DNA of 61,494 nucleotides from Aplysia californica (taxonomy: Eukaryota): assembly GCF_000002075.1 (NCBI RefSeq), contig NW_004797413.1, positions 817,139 to 878,632 on the forward strand. The letters run 5' to 3'. A model generated the notes under the pieces. It did not search any database, was not told the origin of the DNA, and worked only from the letters and a program-made list of their open reading frames with translations. Numbering within the stretch: the stretch's first letter is position 1; each line of letters begins with the position of its first letter. The position numbers were made by a program, and so were the translations under genes. Of this stretch, positions 1-12,400 are shown piece by piece.

Positions 1-3000
1 CATCTGCACCATGTCCAGTTTGGACTTAAGCATGTCCTCCTCCTGTGAGTGTCGGCTTTGACCTTCCTGGCTCTCACTCACCACACTCTGGTACTTGCCA
101 CTCAGATCTTCCACACTCCCCTTCAACCTGCTTATCTCACACTCATTCTTCTCTACTTCCTTCTCCTTCTCCTCTAACTTCTTCTGTAGTTCATCCAGTT
201 CTGAGCTAGACTTTTCTTCCCCTGCTGCCTTTGCCTCCTCGATGAGCTTACACCTCTCTTCCAGCTGTCGAAAGTTTTCACTCTGAGATGCCGTGTGTTC
301 CTGCGTGGCGGCTAATGATGACTGGGAAGTTTCTAACTTCTCAGAGATTTCGGCACACTGCTTCTCTAGCGAATCAACTTGATCAACTTTGACTTGCAAA
401 GACTCCTTACATGCAGCCAGCTGTACCTCCAAATCATGTATCCGTGCAGTACACTTTTGCTTCTCGTCAACTTCTTTGTGAAAACCTTCCTCTGCTTTGG
501 CCACCTCAGCACTCAGAGCTTCGCATCTCCCCACAAGAGTTTCGTTTTCTGTCTTGACATCTCCCAACTCCACATCCCTTGTCTGAACCAACACTTCTAG
601 CTGATGAAGTTTCTCAGAAACAGTCCCTATCTCAGCCTGGCTGTCTGCCATTTTCTTCTTCTCCGTATCTACAGCTGTCAGTAAGGTTGCGTTTTCCTCC
701 GTCTGTGCGGCCAGCAAAGATCTCGCCTCATCTCTGTCAGTCTTCATGGCATCCAGTGAGCTCTGTAAGTTGGTGACCGTACCGTCACGTTCCAGGATTT
801 CGGCTTCGCGGTCCTCCAGGTCGGCCTGAAGCATATCCAGCTTACACTTGAGTTGAGCCGTCTCCTGGTCATGTTTGGTTTCCGTCTCGGACGTCTGGCG
901 TCCAGCGAGGGACAGTTTCTCCCTCACGTCTGTCAGCTGACCCTCCAGGTGAGAGACCAGGGCCTGACCCTGCCGCAGCTCCTCCTCTCTTTCCTCGAGA
1001 TCTCGCCCCAACTTCTCCAACTCTCCCTGCAGAGACTGTTGCTGTGACTCCATCTCCTCCTGCACGTCTCTCAGCGTCTGCTCCACAGTTCGGAGATTGT
1101 CAGCGTGAGCCTTGAGCTGTTCTTCCTTCGCTTTCAGTTCTGCTCCGTCCCGTTCGGACTGGGAAGACATTCTGGCAAGCTCAGCTCTCGCTTCGTCCAG
1201 TTCCGTCTGTGTTGAGACGACAGACTCTTTCTCCACGGAGACGCTCTTCTCCAACACTTCCACTCTCTCTTGCAGTGATTGCCTCTCTCTTTCTGAATCC
1301 ATCAAAGTGTCCGTTTTTTCTTTCAGATTTTTCTCTGTCTGCTCAAGTGTGTTCTCTAAAACCTGCAAATCTGCTGTTTTATTCTCCAGCTCTGCCTTAG
1401 CCTGGCTCATCGAGTTCTCCAGGTTGACAATTCTTTCTTTCAGTACCTCCTCCTCACTCTTTCTCTCCTTCAACACATCCTCCCTGGCCTCGAGAGCACT
1501 TTTCAGTTCCCTGACCTCAGTCTCCAGATTTTGCATGGAGGTCTTCATCTCTTCCCTCTCCTGGGTCACTGTGTCCAGTGAGGTGGTCAGATTAGCTGCC
1601 CGTGTGGTCAGTTGATGGATTTCCTCTTCCTTGTCCTCCAGGTCCATCTGTACCATGTCCAGTTTGGACTTAAGCATGTCCGCCTCCTGTGAGTGTAGGG
1701 CTTCGTGTTCGGCAGTCTCTTGTGACAAGCTAGAAACTTTCCCCCTCAGCTCACCCCTCTCATCCTCCAACGCCTGCACCTGCTTCAGTTTCTCGCTGAG
1801 CTCAGCATTTCTGCTCTCCAGCTCCTCCTGTAGCTGACACAGTTCACTCTTCAAACCGCCTTCCACCGACAACTTTTCCCTTTCCACCTGCTGCAACTTC
1901 TCTTCCAATGTTTTATAATTCGAAGTCTGCGTAGAAATCTCTGTCTGTGTAGCTGCCAGTTGCTCTAAGGCAGCCTCCAGCTTTTCTGAGACCTCTGCGT
2001 TTGCTCTGTTGAGATTTTCAATTTCTTCAGCAGCAGCGGAAGAAGCCGACCTCTCTGAAGACAAGATATTCTCCAAACCGTGAATCTGAGACAACAGGTT
2101 TTCTTTCTCACCAACAAGTTCCTTTATTTTGAGCTCGTTGTCAGAACTAGAGGCCTGGAGCTGTCCACATTTCTCTGTGCTTGACTTGAGTTCTTGCGTC
2201 ATTGCATCTAAATCTTCCTGAGACTTTGAAACAGTAGCCTCTAAGTTCTTGACCGTGTCTCTCATTTCTTCCAAATCCCTTTCTCTTTCCTGCATTTTTT
2301 CTTTTTCCGACTCCACCTCCTTCTTCAAGTGCACAAGCTGAGTTTCAAACTCCTGTGCGGAAGTAACCAGACTCTCCTTCTCTTTGCTCATGTTCTCAAA
2401 CAAGGCTTTCATGTTACTGAGCTGATTGGTCACGTCCTGAACGCTGGCATCCTTCTGCGTAATCTCTGCCTCCACAACCTGCAGTTTGGCCTGGACAGTG
2501 GCTAACTCCTCCTCATGCCGCGCCTCGTCTTGAGACTTCTGCTCGGCTCCCTCGGCACATTTTGTCTTCAGACTTTCCACTTGCCCGCTCAACTCTTCGA
2601 CAAGAGACGACTTTGCCTTCAGATCCTCTTGCGTTTTGGTCAAATCTTCCAGAACCTTCTGTAGCTCAGTGGCTGACAACTCGACTTGTTTTTCCTTCTC
2701 GTTCTCCGCCTGCTTCCTTCTGTCTTCCAGCACAGCGTAGTTCTGGCGTTGAGAGGCCAGCTCCTCTTGTCTGAGACACAGCTCTCCCTGCACCTTCTCA
2801 CACTGCTCAGACAAGGATGCACACCGCTCTTTCAGAGTCTCCACCTCACAAGCCTGCGTAGAGGACGCACCTCGCTCTGCGTCCAGTAACTTTTCCAGTT
2901 CGCCGATCCTAGACGAACAACTTTCTATCACTGTAGTTTTTTGTTGGATTTCTGTCTCTTTTTCCTCAACAGACTTCTGTAACCTCTCCAACTCAAACAC

Positions 3001-3554
3001 TTTGTTCTCCACATCCTTGGCTTTACCCTCAACGTCCGCTTGAGTGGAACGTAACAATCCTTCCAGATTGCTCACATGATCTTTCAGCCTCTCCGCCTCA
3101 GCTGCACCCTGACTCGTAAGCTGTTTCTCAGCCTCCAAAGCCTTGGCAAGCTCAGTCACCTGATTCTTAACCTCCACATTCTCAGCAGAAATTCCCTCCA
3201 GCTCTGAGGCTTTCTGCTTCAAGTTCAACTCCACTTGCTCTATCTTATTTTCCAACTGGGCTTTGCACTCCCCATGAGCAGAGCGTAAGCCCTCTAACTC
3301 CCCGGCCGTCAGCTCAAGCTTCTTCTCCAAATCTTGCACCTGGCCCAGACTTTGTACACTCTCAGCGTCTCTGGCCGACAGTTTCTCTCTCAGGTTCTCT
3401 TGTTGTGTCTTCAGTTCCACAATCTGCTGGTCTTTGGCACAGATTTCTGCAGACTTTGACTCAGTTTTCTCACAAAGATCAGACACTTCTTTTTCCTTCT
3501 CGCTGAGCTCTGTCTGAAGTTTCTTTTCCATGTCCTTCCATTTTTGCTGTGCAT
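1..3554 (-). CDS. CENPF: Giant coiled-coil exon of the CENP-F-like gene (absent from the ORF track because no stop lies in the window)
   Basis: Acceptor ttgttgcag at 3555-3556. The phase-1 join gives DAQQKWKDMEKKLQTELSEKEKKCL... The frame is E/K/L/Q-rich with heptad character, and repeat motifs checked at 3276, 2517, 1695, 873 and 51 are all in this frame. Confidence 0.85.
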
Positions 3555-6354
3555 CTGCAACAAAGAAGGAAAAGTAACATGCAGCCATATTATACTTTCA
3601 ATTGGCAAACACAACAAAAGACATATTAATGTGTGATATACGCCTTGAAATCACATTCATGCAAATCATGCTTCAGCATTAATACAATGAAGCAGTACTG
3701 CTTTTTCTAAAACGTTCCCTACAGACATTAATTTTACAAGTGTCATTAAGATGTATTCGAGTCAAGGTACTATTGACTTGTCCTTATAAGACATGCCTTG
3801 CAGCCTACCTTCACTTCAATAAAATGCCATATGACTACAACATACAGATGCAAAAAAAGACATATGGAAGAAAAGAGACAAAAGATGAAAGATAGAAAGA
3901 GAAAAAAAAAAGACGAACAAAGGGAAACAGACAAATTCCACAGCTTTTTATCTACAAGATTTTCCATAAAGAACAAACATGAACGCTACAAAGATTCTCA
4001 TCCCCCGTTACCTCCTTTTAGTTTTAGTAAGAGTTTTATGGCACTTGCAACACATTTAGGTCATATAAGTGCCGAAGATTAGAGGTATTACAAAAGAGTA
4101 ACAAACACAAAAAAGAAGGAGGAGAGATCAGGACTATATAGATGCTTGATCGGAAAGAAGGAACAAACCACATCAGAGCACCCGCCAACCACCCATCCCC
4201 CGTTACCTCCAAGACTGCGATCTTTGTCGACCAGCTGCTGTTGAGCCGCGGCCAAAGACGTCGTGGAGGCTTTCAAATCTTGTTGTAGTTTCTGCATCTG
4301 GACCGTCAGATCTGTGGCAGAATCTTGCAGCTTTCTGAGGACAAAGTGGACAAAAATTAAACAGACACAAAAAAAAAAAGTGCGAGGAGTGAAAAGGAAT
4401 AGACGAACGGCATGACCAGATCAAAGAAATAGGCATGTTGTATGAGTGGGTGGAATAGAACGGGAAAGTAATACGATGAGTGAATAAGTATCGGAAAGTT
4501 ACATGTTGAGGATAAAGTATAGGAATGAGAAAGTTATATGATAAGTGGACAGGAACAGGAAAGTTACATGGTAAGTGGAAAGGCATAGGAGAGTTGCATG
4601 ATGAGGGCAAAGGAATGGGAAAGTAACACGATGAAGGCAAAGGAATGGGAAAGTAACACGATGAAGGCAAAGGAATGGGAAAGTAACACAATGACGGCAA
4701 AGGAATAGGAAAGTTACATGTTGAGGGCAAAGTAATAGGAAAGTAACATAATGAATGGCAAGGAACAGAAAAGCAGGAACTTCAAATGATCAACCACTTC
4801 AATTAAATAGCAAGATAAATAAGCAAACTGGAGAACAACTTGAAAGTTTATATGGTGCAAAAGAATATTCACACAATTAGTCTTTACAAACGCTTCTATG
4901 AGAAAAGAAATTACAAAAAGCATCAACTAGGTGCTGAAGACGGGTGGTTGAGGCGAGATTGGTGAAAGCGCAACTCTATCACAATATGCATTTTACTTAA
5001 ACAAGATCAACAAGGAGAAAAAAATTAATGAAAGAGTTAAAATTTTAAAATGCGAGGAGAAAAAAAACCCGTAGTGGTACAGAAATCGATGCCACTTATA
5101 TCCTTCACAATAATAAAGGTATGAAAAAGCAATAATACACTCAAATGAACATTTAAGGAGGGAGGGAGGGAGACAGAGAGAGAGAGAGGGGGNNNNNNNN
5201 NNNNNNNNNNNNNNNNNNNNNNNNNNNNNNNNNNNNNNNNNNNNNNNNNNNNNNNNNNNNNNNNNNNNNNNNNNNNNNNNNNNNNNNNNNNNACCCCCCC
5301 CCCCCCAAAAAAAACTGACTCTACCCATGGGGTGGGTCAAGATGGTGGGTACTGCTATAAATAGCAAAGTAACCCCCCCCCCCTCCAAACCCTTCCTCCA
5401 TACACGTCTGCATTAAATAGATACATGCTATTCAAAGTTAATCTGTTGTTGTTGTTAGCGATCAAAGTTAATCTGTTGTTGTTGTTAGCGATCAAAGTTA
5501 ATCTGCAGCAAAAGATCTTTCCAATTAAATTATTCCCATTATTGTTTGCTAATGTTGTCCTAAAAAAAATTCATAATTTTTCTTCAGCCTCACAAAGTCC
5601 ACGAGGAGCAAAACTAGAAAACAAAGGATATGTATTTTCCAACATGAAAACAGTCGGGACATGATAACACAAACGTGGAAAAGTTGATAGCTCGTACAAT
5701 TTGTTATTCCCCCCCACTGATAGTGATATCTCTTTATCTTAATTAAACCAAATTTTAATGATGGAATGGATGGATGAATACATTTGTCAATTCCTGACAT
5801 GTTTGAGATATGCGAGCCCCACTGTACACGCAAATAAAAATGAGTATTTTCATGTCATTCACCAAACACAAATAAAAATGTGTATTTTCAAGCCATTTAC
5901 CATAAGTCTTGCAAACTTTGCAAACAAACACAATAGATTTACGACAGATCCCATATGATTTGATAGAAATCAAATTTTTTTTTAAAATCTAATTTTATGC
6001 ACATCCGATCAGGACAGGATCTTCGATTGGCAAAAAAAATAAAATCGCAGATCTCCGATTTTATTGGGAGTCCAAGTCAGGTGTGTTTCCCACCCTGAGA
6101 TCAGACAACATACCTCGGTGTCGGTTCCACTTTTCCCGGCGTCCGGCTGCGCAGTTTTACCACGTGTCAGCTCTTCTTGCACAACGTCCAGCTTTTTCTG
6201 AGAGAGAAAACAAATTCTCATTGTGGATACGGCTGACATATCACAACGAGGCAAACAGATGTGTGGATCTATATATATACATTTGTCAATCTCTTTCTCG
6301 ATCTCTCTATATATATGTATCTTTCTCAATAGTCTTTCTAACTAGCTTGAGAGA

Positions 6355-6410
<56 letters not shown>

Positions 6411-9400
6411 AAGAGGAAAGGAGGGAAGGTGGGAAGAACGTACCGACCAATCATCATTCCAGTAAAAGTTTTGCTAAAATCCATGTTGTCACCCGCACAA
6501 AATGCTGTTGTAATGTGTTATGCCCATGGCTTGTTGCTACTTTATCAGACAATTCCAGTACATATCAATTTCTCGATGGTGTCAAAACGCAGTGATACAA
6601 ATAGTATCTTGAAAAGTGTAGCATTTTAGGGAAATTTTATGGAAACAGCTTACTTACAGATCAATTTTTTATCACATAAATTCGAAAAGTACATGTAGTT
6701 ACATCTTAACCCATCAGCCTCTTGAATAAACCATGAAATACTGGAGTGAAGACAATTACTACAGTTGTTCTACCCACTCAGTTGTAAGACTTCCGCTGTC
6801 TGTCTGTCTGCTAGCCTGGAACAGTAAGACTTTCCCTGCCCATCAAACCACAAACCCGTCAGACTTTTGCAGTCTGCCTATCCACTACTCTGTCAGACTT
6901 CTGCAGTCTGCCTATCCACTAATCCGTCAGACTTCTGCAGTCTGCCTATCCACTAATCCGTCAGACTTCTGCAGTCTGCCTATCCACTACTCTGTCAGAC
7001 TTCTGCAGTCTATATATCCACAAATCTGTCAGATTTCTGCAGTCTATCTGTCTATCTATCCACTCACCCATCAGACTTCAGTCTGCCTATCCACTAATCC
7101 GTCAGACTTCTGCAGTCTGTCTATCTTATCCACTCACCTGTAAGATGTCTGCTGTTTGGAAGGCTTCCTTCATCTCCTGGGCGTGCCCGTATTTCATGTC
7201 GTCCACAAGCTGTTGAAGCCTCTTGTTTTCTCCACTAAGGTACAGGTGTTGTTCCGACAGCTTGGACAGTTCCTCAAATTTCTCCCTCAGCCCCTTGTAG
7301 CTTTCTTCCATCGAAGACTTCTCTGACAGCATCAGTTCTAGCTCCTCGACCTTCGTCTGGATGTCTGTTTTCTCCGCTAACGCCGTCTGCAGCTCCTCGA
7401 CTTTCTCATCATAAAGAGTATTTTTCACAGAGGAGCCCTTAAGGACACACATTTCCTTCTGCAAGTCGGAAAACTGGGTTGAGTTTGTTTCCAGCTTTTC
7501 GACGAGCTCTGATTTCTCCCGTTGGGTCTGTCCCAACTCTCGCGTGATCGCATCCACCTTGTCCGTGAGATCGCGCTTGGCGTTTTGCGAGTGTTCTAAC
7601 TGCTCCGACACCTTTTCTAACTTTTTTGTCAGCTCAGACTGCTCCGAGTGAGCCGATTCGAGTTGCGCCGAAAGAGTAAAGAGTTCGGAGCTGAGTCCTG
7701 TCTTTTCCTCCCTCAGCTTGTCCAGTTCCTTCTCCGTGCTCATCAGCTGACTTTTGTTCATCTCCGCCGACAGCGAGTCTCTCTCCTCGTGCTGCTGCAA
7801 AGTCTCCTCCAGTCGGGAAACTTGCACTTCCAGCTGGGACACCTGATCCTCCAAACGTTTCTTCTCAGACAAAGCCTCTTCGAGATCCCGGCCTTTAGCA
7901 TCAAGTTCCACACTCAGACAGTTCATCTCATCCAGTCTAGCCGTCAGTTTCTCCACGCTCTCTCTCGCTTGAGCGGCTGTGACCCGCTCTGTTTCAAGGT
8001 CGGCCTTGAGCGAGTCCACGACGTGGCCGTGCTCGGAGACCTTACTGGACAGGGATTTCTCTACCTCCAGCAACCTCTTGACTTCAGCTTCCTTCCTCGT
8101 TGCCAGTTTTGTGGCATCACTCAGCTCTGCCTCCACGCTCTCAAGCCGTTGGTTCGAACCCTCCAAAGAGCTGGTCTTCAACTGCTGTGTCAGAACAATC
8201 ACCTGCTTATCGAGATCCTTCACTTGCGCGGATACTTCCTTCGCCTGTTCCTCCAACTCTTGCTTCTCTGTGTGGACAACCTCCAGCGAACTCTTCAGCT
8301 CGGCAACTTCAGCCTCAAGCTTGTCCACTTGCTCTGGTCGATCGTAGTCGCCGTCACGGCCACCCTCCTGTTTGGCCACCTTGAGGTCCTCAGTCAAGGA
8401 AGCGACCTTCACCTTCATTTGGTCAACCTCTGACTGCAGAGAGTCACACTTTGACTCCTTCTCTTTTTCCGCTGCCTCCAGTTCAAAGTTCAAAGATTCA
8501 ATAACGTCTTCCAGGGTTCCGATGGTGGACATCTTGTCTTTCACATCTTTCTTCAACTCGTCCAACTCACTCCTCAATTCCTCCTCTCTCTGTACTTTTC
8601 CCTCCACCTCGGACCTCAGCTGAGTGACGACATCCTCCTTCTCCTGGAGTTCGTTGACCCTCTGCACGATTTCTTTCTTTTTGGCCTTGAGAGCGTCGTT
8701 CAGGGTATGAATGTCCTTCTCCACATTCTCCAGCTGTTCCCGAGTGCCGGAGGAAAACTCACTGAGATCCTGCTCCAGCTCCTCTTTCCTCTTGTTGCTC
8801 TCCTCCAGACGTTCCTCCATCTCCTCTTTCCTCTTCTTCACAGACTCCAACTCTGACAGCGTCAACGCGTGCACTCGCTGACTCTCGTCCACTTCTGTCT
8901 TCAGATCGGCGATCTGCTCATCCCTCTGGGTCACCTTTTGCCTCAGCACCTGCAGCTCCTCTTCCAAAGTCTGAGAATCCTGACCGCTAGAACGAGCCTG
9001 GTAAAGGTCTAGCTCCAGTCCCTTCATCGCATCTTCCGCTGCCTCTTTCTCCTGTAGGGCCACCCTCATCTTCTTCTGGGCCTCGAATCTCTGGTTGGAC
9101 ACCGATTCAAACGACTCCCGGGTGCTCTCTACCTCCGTCTCGAGGTCGCTCAGCTTCATCTTGAGGGTGCAAATCTCCGTCTTCAGCTCTTCCTCCTTCT
9201 GGTACCAGTCCTGCTGCGACATCTTCAAGCTGTCATTCAGGTACGCAGCGTGATCCAACTCCTCTCTCAACTCGTTGATCGTGTCATTTCTCTCTTGCAT
9301 TTCACTCCTCGATTCTTCCAGGATTTTCTTCATCTCGTCGCACTGCTCCGATACAGCTTTCTTTTCTGCCAGCAGCTCAGAGTTCTTCAAGTTTGTCTTG

Positions 9401-12400
9401 AACACAGAACTACTCAGATTCTCAAACTGAGTCTTCAGAGACATCAAATCAGCCGCTTTTTCCTCCAGCTCTTCTTTCACTGTGGACATCTTGGTCTGAA
9501 ACTCTTCTTGACTTCTCTGGGAGGCTTTCTCCAGGTCGGACTTCTCGTCCTTTAGGAGCGACAGAGAGTGTGTTAGTTCATCCTTCTCCTGTTGAAGCTT
9601 TGAGATGGCACCAGACAGGTTGGAGACTTCCAGACGACACTCCTCCAGCTCTGTGTGAGAGACTTTGAGATCAGCCTCCAGCTGCGAGATAAGACTGTTC
9701 TTCGACAAAAGATCTTCCTTCTGCTCCGAGATCTTGGACTTGGCATCCTGCACTGTGTTCTCCTCTAGATAGCTCACCTTCTCCACCATCTCTCGATCTT
9801 TCTCCTCCAGCGACGCCTTCAGCTGATCCAGCTCTTCCCTCAACCCTTTCTCCAACTCCTCCTTCTCCTCTGCGGCTTGCCTCACCCTCTCCTCCACATG
9901 TCTCAGCTTCGCCTCCAGAGACTCGCACTCCCCAGCCTTCTCCGACAGAGCCAGCCTCGAGTCCTCCAGTTGCTGGGTGAGCTGTGCCACTTCTTCCTTC
10001 ATTTCCTGCAGGCTGCTCAGGTGACGGCCACTCGCCTCCCGCTCACAATCTACGTCACTTTCCAACGCTTTCAGTTTCCCCGTAGCGCGCTCGTGATCAT
10101 CGGACAATCGAGCCAGCTTGTTCTCTGTTTCCTCTTGTACCTTCTGTAACTCCTCAAACCTCTCACGCAGACTCTCCACCTCCCTCTCCTTCTCCTCTTT
10201 CTCCGTCTGCGCCGCCTCCAGCGACATTTCCAAATGAGCGACCTTGCCCTTCAGTTCCTCTCCTTGCACTACGCTTTCCTTCCCTGTCTCCCGCTCATGC
10301 TCTAGATAAGACTTGAGCTCACAAATCTCGTTACTGGCGGTCATCGACTGTTCTCGCAAAAGGTCAAGTTCCTGTGTCTGTGTGTCAGTCAAAGTCTTTG
10401 CGTTGTCCAGCTGAGTGGTCAAGTCTTTGATCGTAGCATCTTTGTCCTCCAGGTCCATCTGCACCATGTCCAGTTTGGACTTAAGCATGTCCTCCTCCTG
10501 TGAGTGTCGGCTTTTGGACTTAAGCATGTCCTCCTCCTGTGAGTGTCGGCTTTGAAGAGAGAGAGAGAGAGAGAGAAGAAAGAGAGAGAGAGGGGGGGGG
10601 GGGGTCATCCACCCGCAAGGAACACCCTCACATGAGGATTACATTAAAATTTTAAAATGTAGCAGACAAATGTATCAACAGACACAAACAACAACTGTAA
10701 AGACAAAAACAAAACAAAAAACAAGAAAACTTACAGCATTTATCTCTTGTTGCATTTTAGCTTTGTTCTCCTGCAGAACCCTGTCAGCATTCTTCGCCGT
10801 TTCCAAAGCTTGAGAGATGTCTTGCTTCATCTCTTTCTCTTTTTCTTTCATCCTGGCCTCCAGGTGTAGCCGTGAAGCTTCGGCGTTGTGCCTCATACAA
10901 TCACCATCCTGGATTAGCTTCTTGTTTTTTGTTTCCAGCTCCGATACCTTTTGCAGAATACAAATTCCCAATGTTATATCTTTAAAAATATTGCATTCAC
11001 TGAGACACAAAAAGTAGGTAAAAGACGCCAAACATTCTAGTGCAGTTAAAATAAAATTTCCAAAGGAGAGGATAAAATTAAAAAACATATTGTAAAAAGA
11101 CAGTTTTACGCATAAATTCCAATAAAAATCAATATCCCGGACCCTACCTACTCTATCACACTTTCTGAAAGAAAATCAACCAGTAAAGGAGAAAGACAGA
11201 AGTAAAAATGTAACAAATCAAGGAATAATGCAATGACAGTGGAGTCTGCATAAATCGAAAGTTACAGGACTGCCAGATGTTTTTCAGTTCAGAGAGATTG
11301 CTCACCTATCGTACACGCAATAATCCAGGTTTCTATTTTCTGTCGGTTTATCGTTGTCTTCAGATTATTTGTGTTCAGTTTACGCCAACTCCTCTGTAAA
11401 AATTCCACTACAATTAATTAAAAGGAAAGCAATAAAGACGTACATTAATTAAGAGAGAGAAGGAATCACGAAAACCCTACAATCTAAATATGCTTGCTAT
11501 AAAACTGGACTCATGTGTATCAGTTCAATGTTGTACTCATACCAGTGACTGTAGGGCCCGCAACTCTTGCTGGGTTTTGCGTAGTTCGTTATCTCCATCT
11601 GGAGCAAGCCTTGTGGAGTCTCCTGAGGAACAAAAAGACGGGTCCAATTCACTCTCTTTGAAGGGAAGAAAGCTGGTTACAGTCTCTGTGGGGTTTACAA
11701 CTAAAGGCATCCAGCTGGAAATATGTCTTTCTACAGATCAAAAATCAAAATGTGGAGCGTGCTGAAAAAATGAGTTACTGCTCAGATTCCAACCCTATGG
11801 AAATAGATACATCACACTTATAGGTGGAGTTTTTACAATTTATAAGTATGGAATAATAAAAGGTATGTTGTACTTAAAGAACATGGTATCAATATAAAAT
11901 CTACAAATTTGACCCTAGTGACGATATTTGGCCAATATCTCCATTTGTGGATCCCAAGAAATAACTCATTTTGTCAGCACACATCACAAATGAACAGAAA
12001 ACAAAGACCACACAGCTGACAAGTTACTTTCTTTTACTGTCCTTAATCAAACATATTATAACAGCTGAATGCCTCTTGTCAAGTCAATAAACTGTAAACA
12101 CAGTAAACCACTAGGTTTCCCTAAATTTAAAACCTTTTATTATTCACATTTCCAAACAAAACCTTTACATAGCAAGCAGGCATCTAGACGGTTTCCACTC
12201 ACCCCTACATACTGTCTGACAATTAACAACTTAACTTTCTAAATTTTATTTTGTGGTATCAGTTCCATGTGCTTGAGAAATATTTTGTCTAATTCTAAAT
12301 AGCGAAAAAAAGAAAGAAAAGATACATAACATAGGTACAATTTTTTTTTATATGAAACAAGTAGAGGCGTACAAGAGAATAACAAACACAAAAAAGGAGG

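Noticed and set aside
95-2889. Plus-strand Ser/Leu/Phe-rich ORFs, also at 7648-10149
   Set aside because: They are antisense shadows of the E/K-rich coiled-coil exons.
4203-4730. 175-aa ORF with YFPIPLPSSC repeats
   Set aside because: It is a translation of the 30-bp intronic minisatellite.
10537-10608. MTPPPPLSLFLLSLSL as the start or signal peptide of the 1160-aa ORF
   Set aside because: It is a translated poly-C/(TC)n intronic tract upstream of the acceptor.
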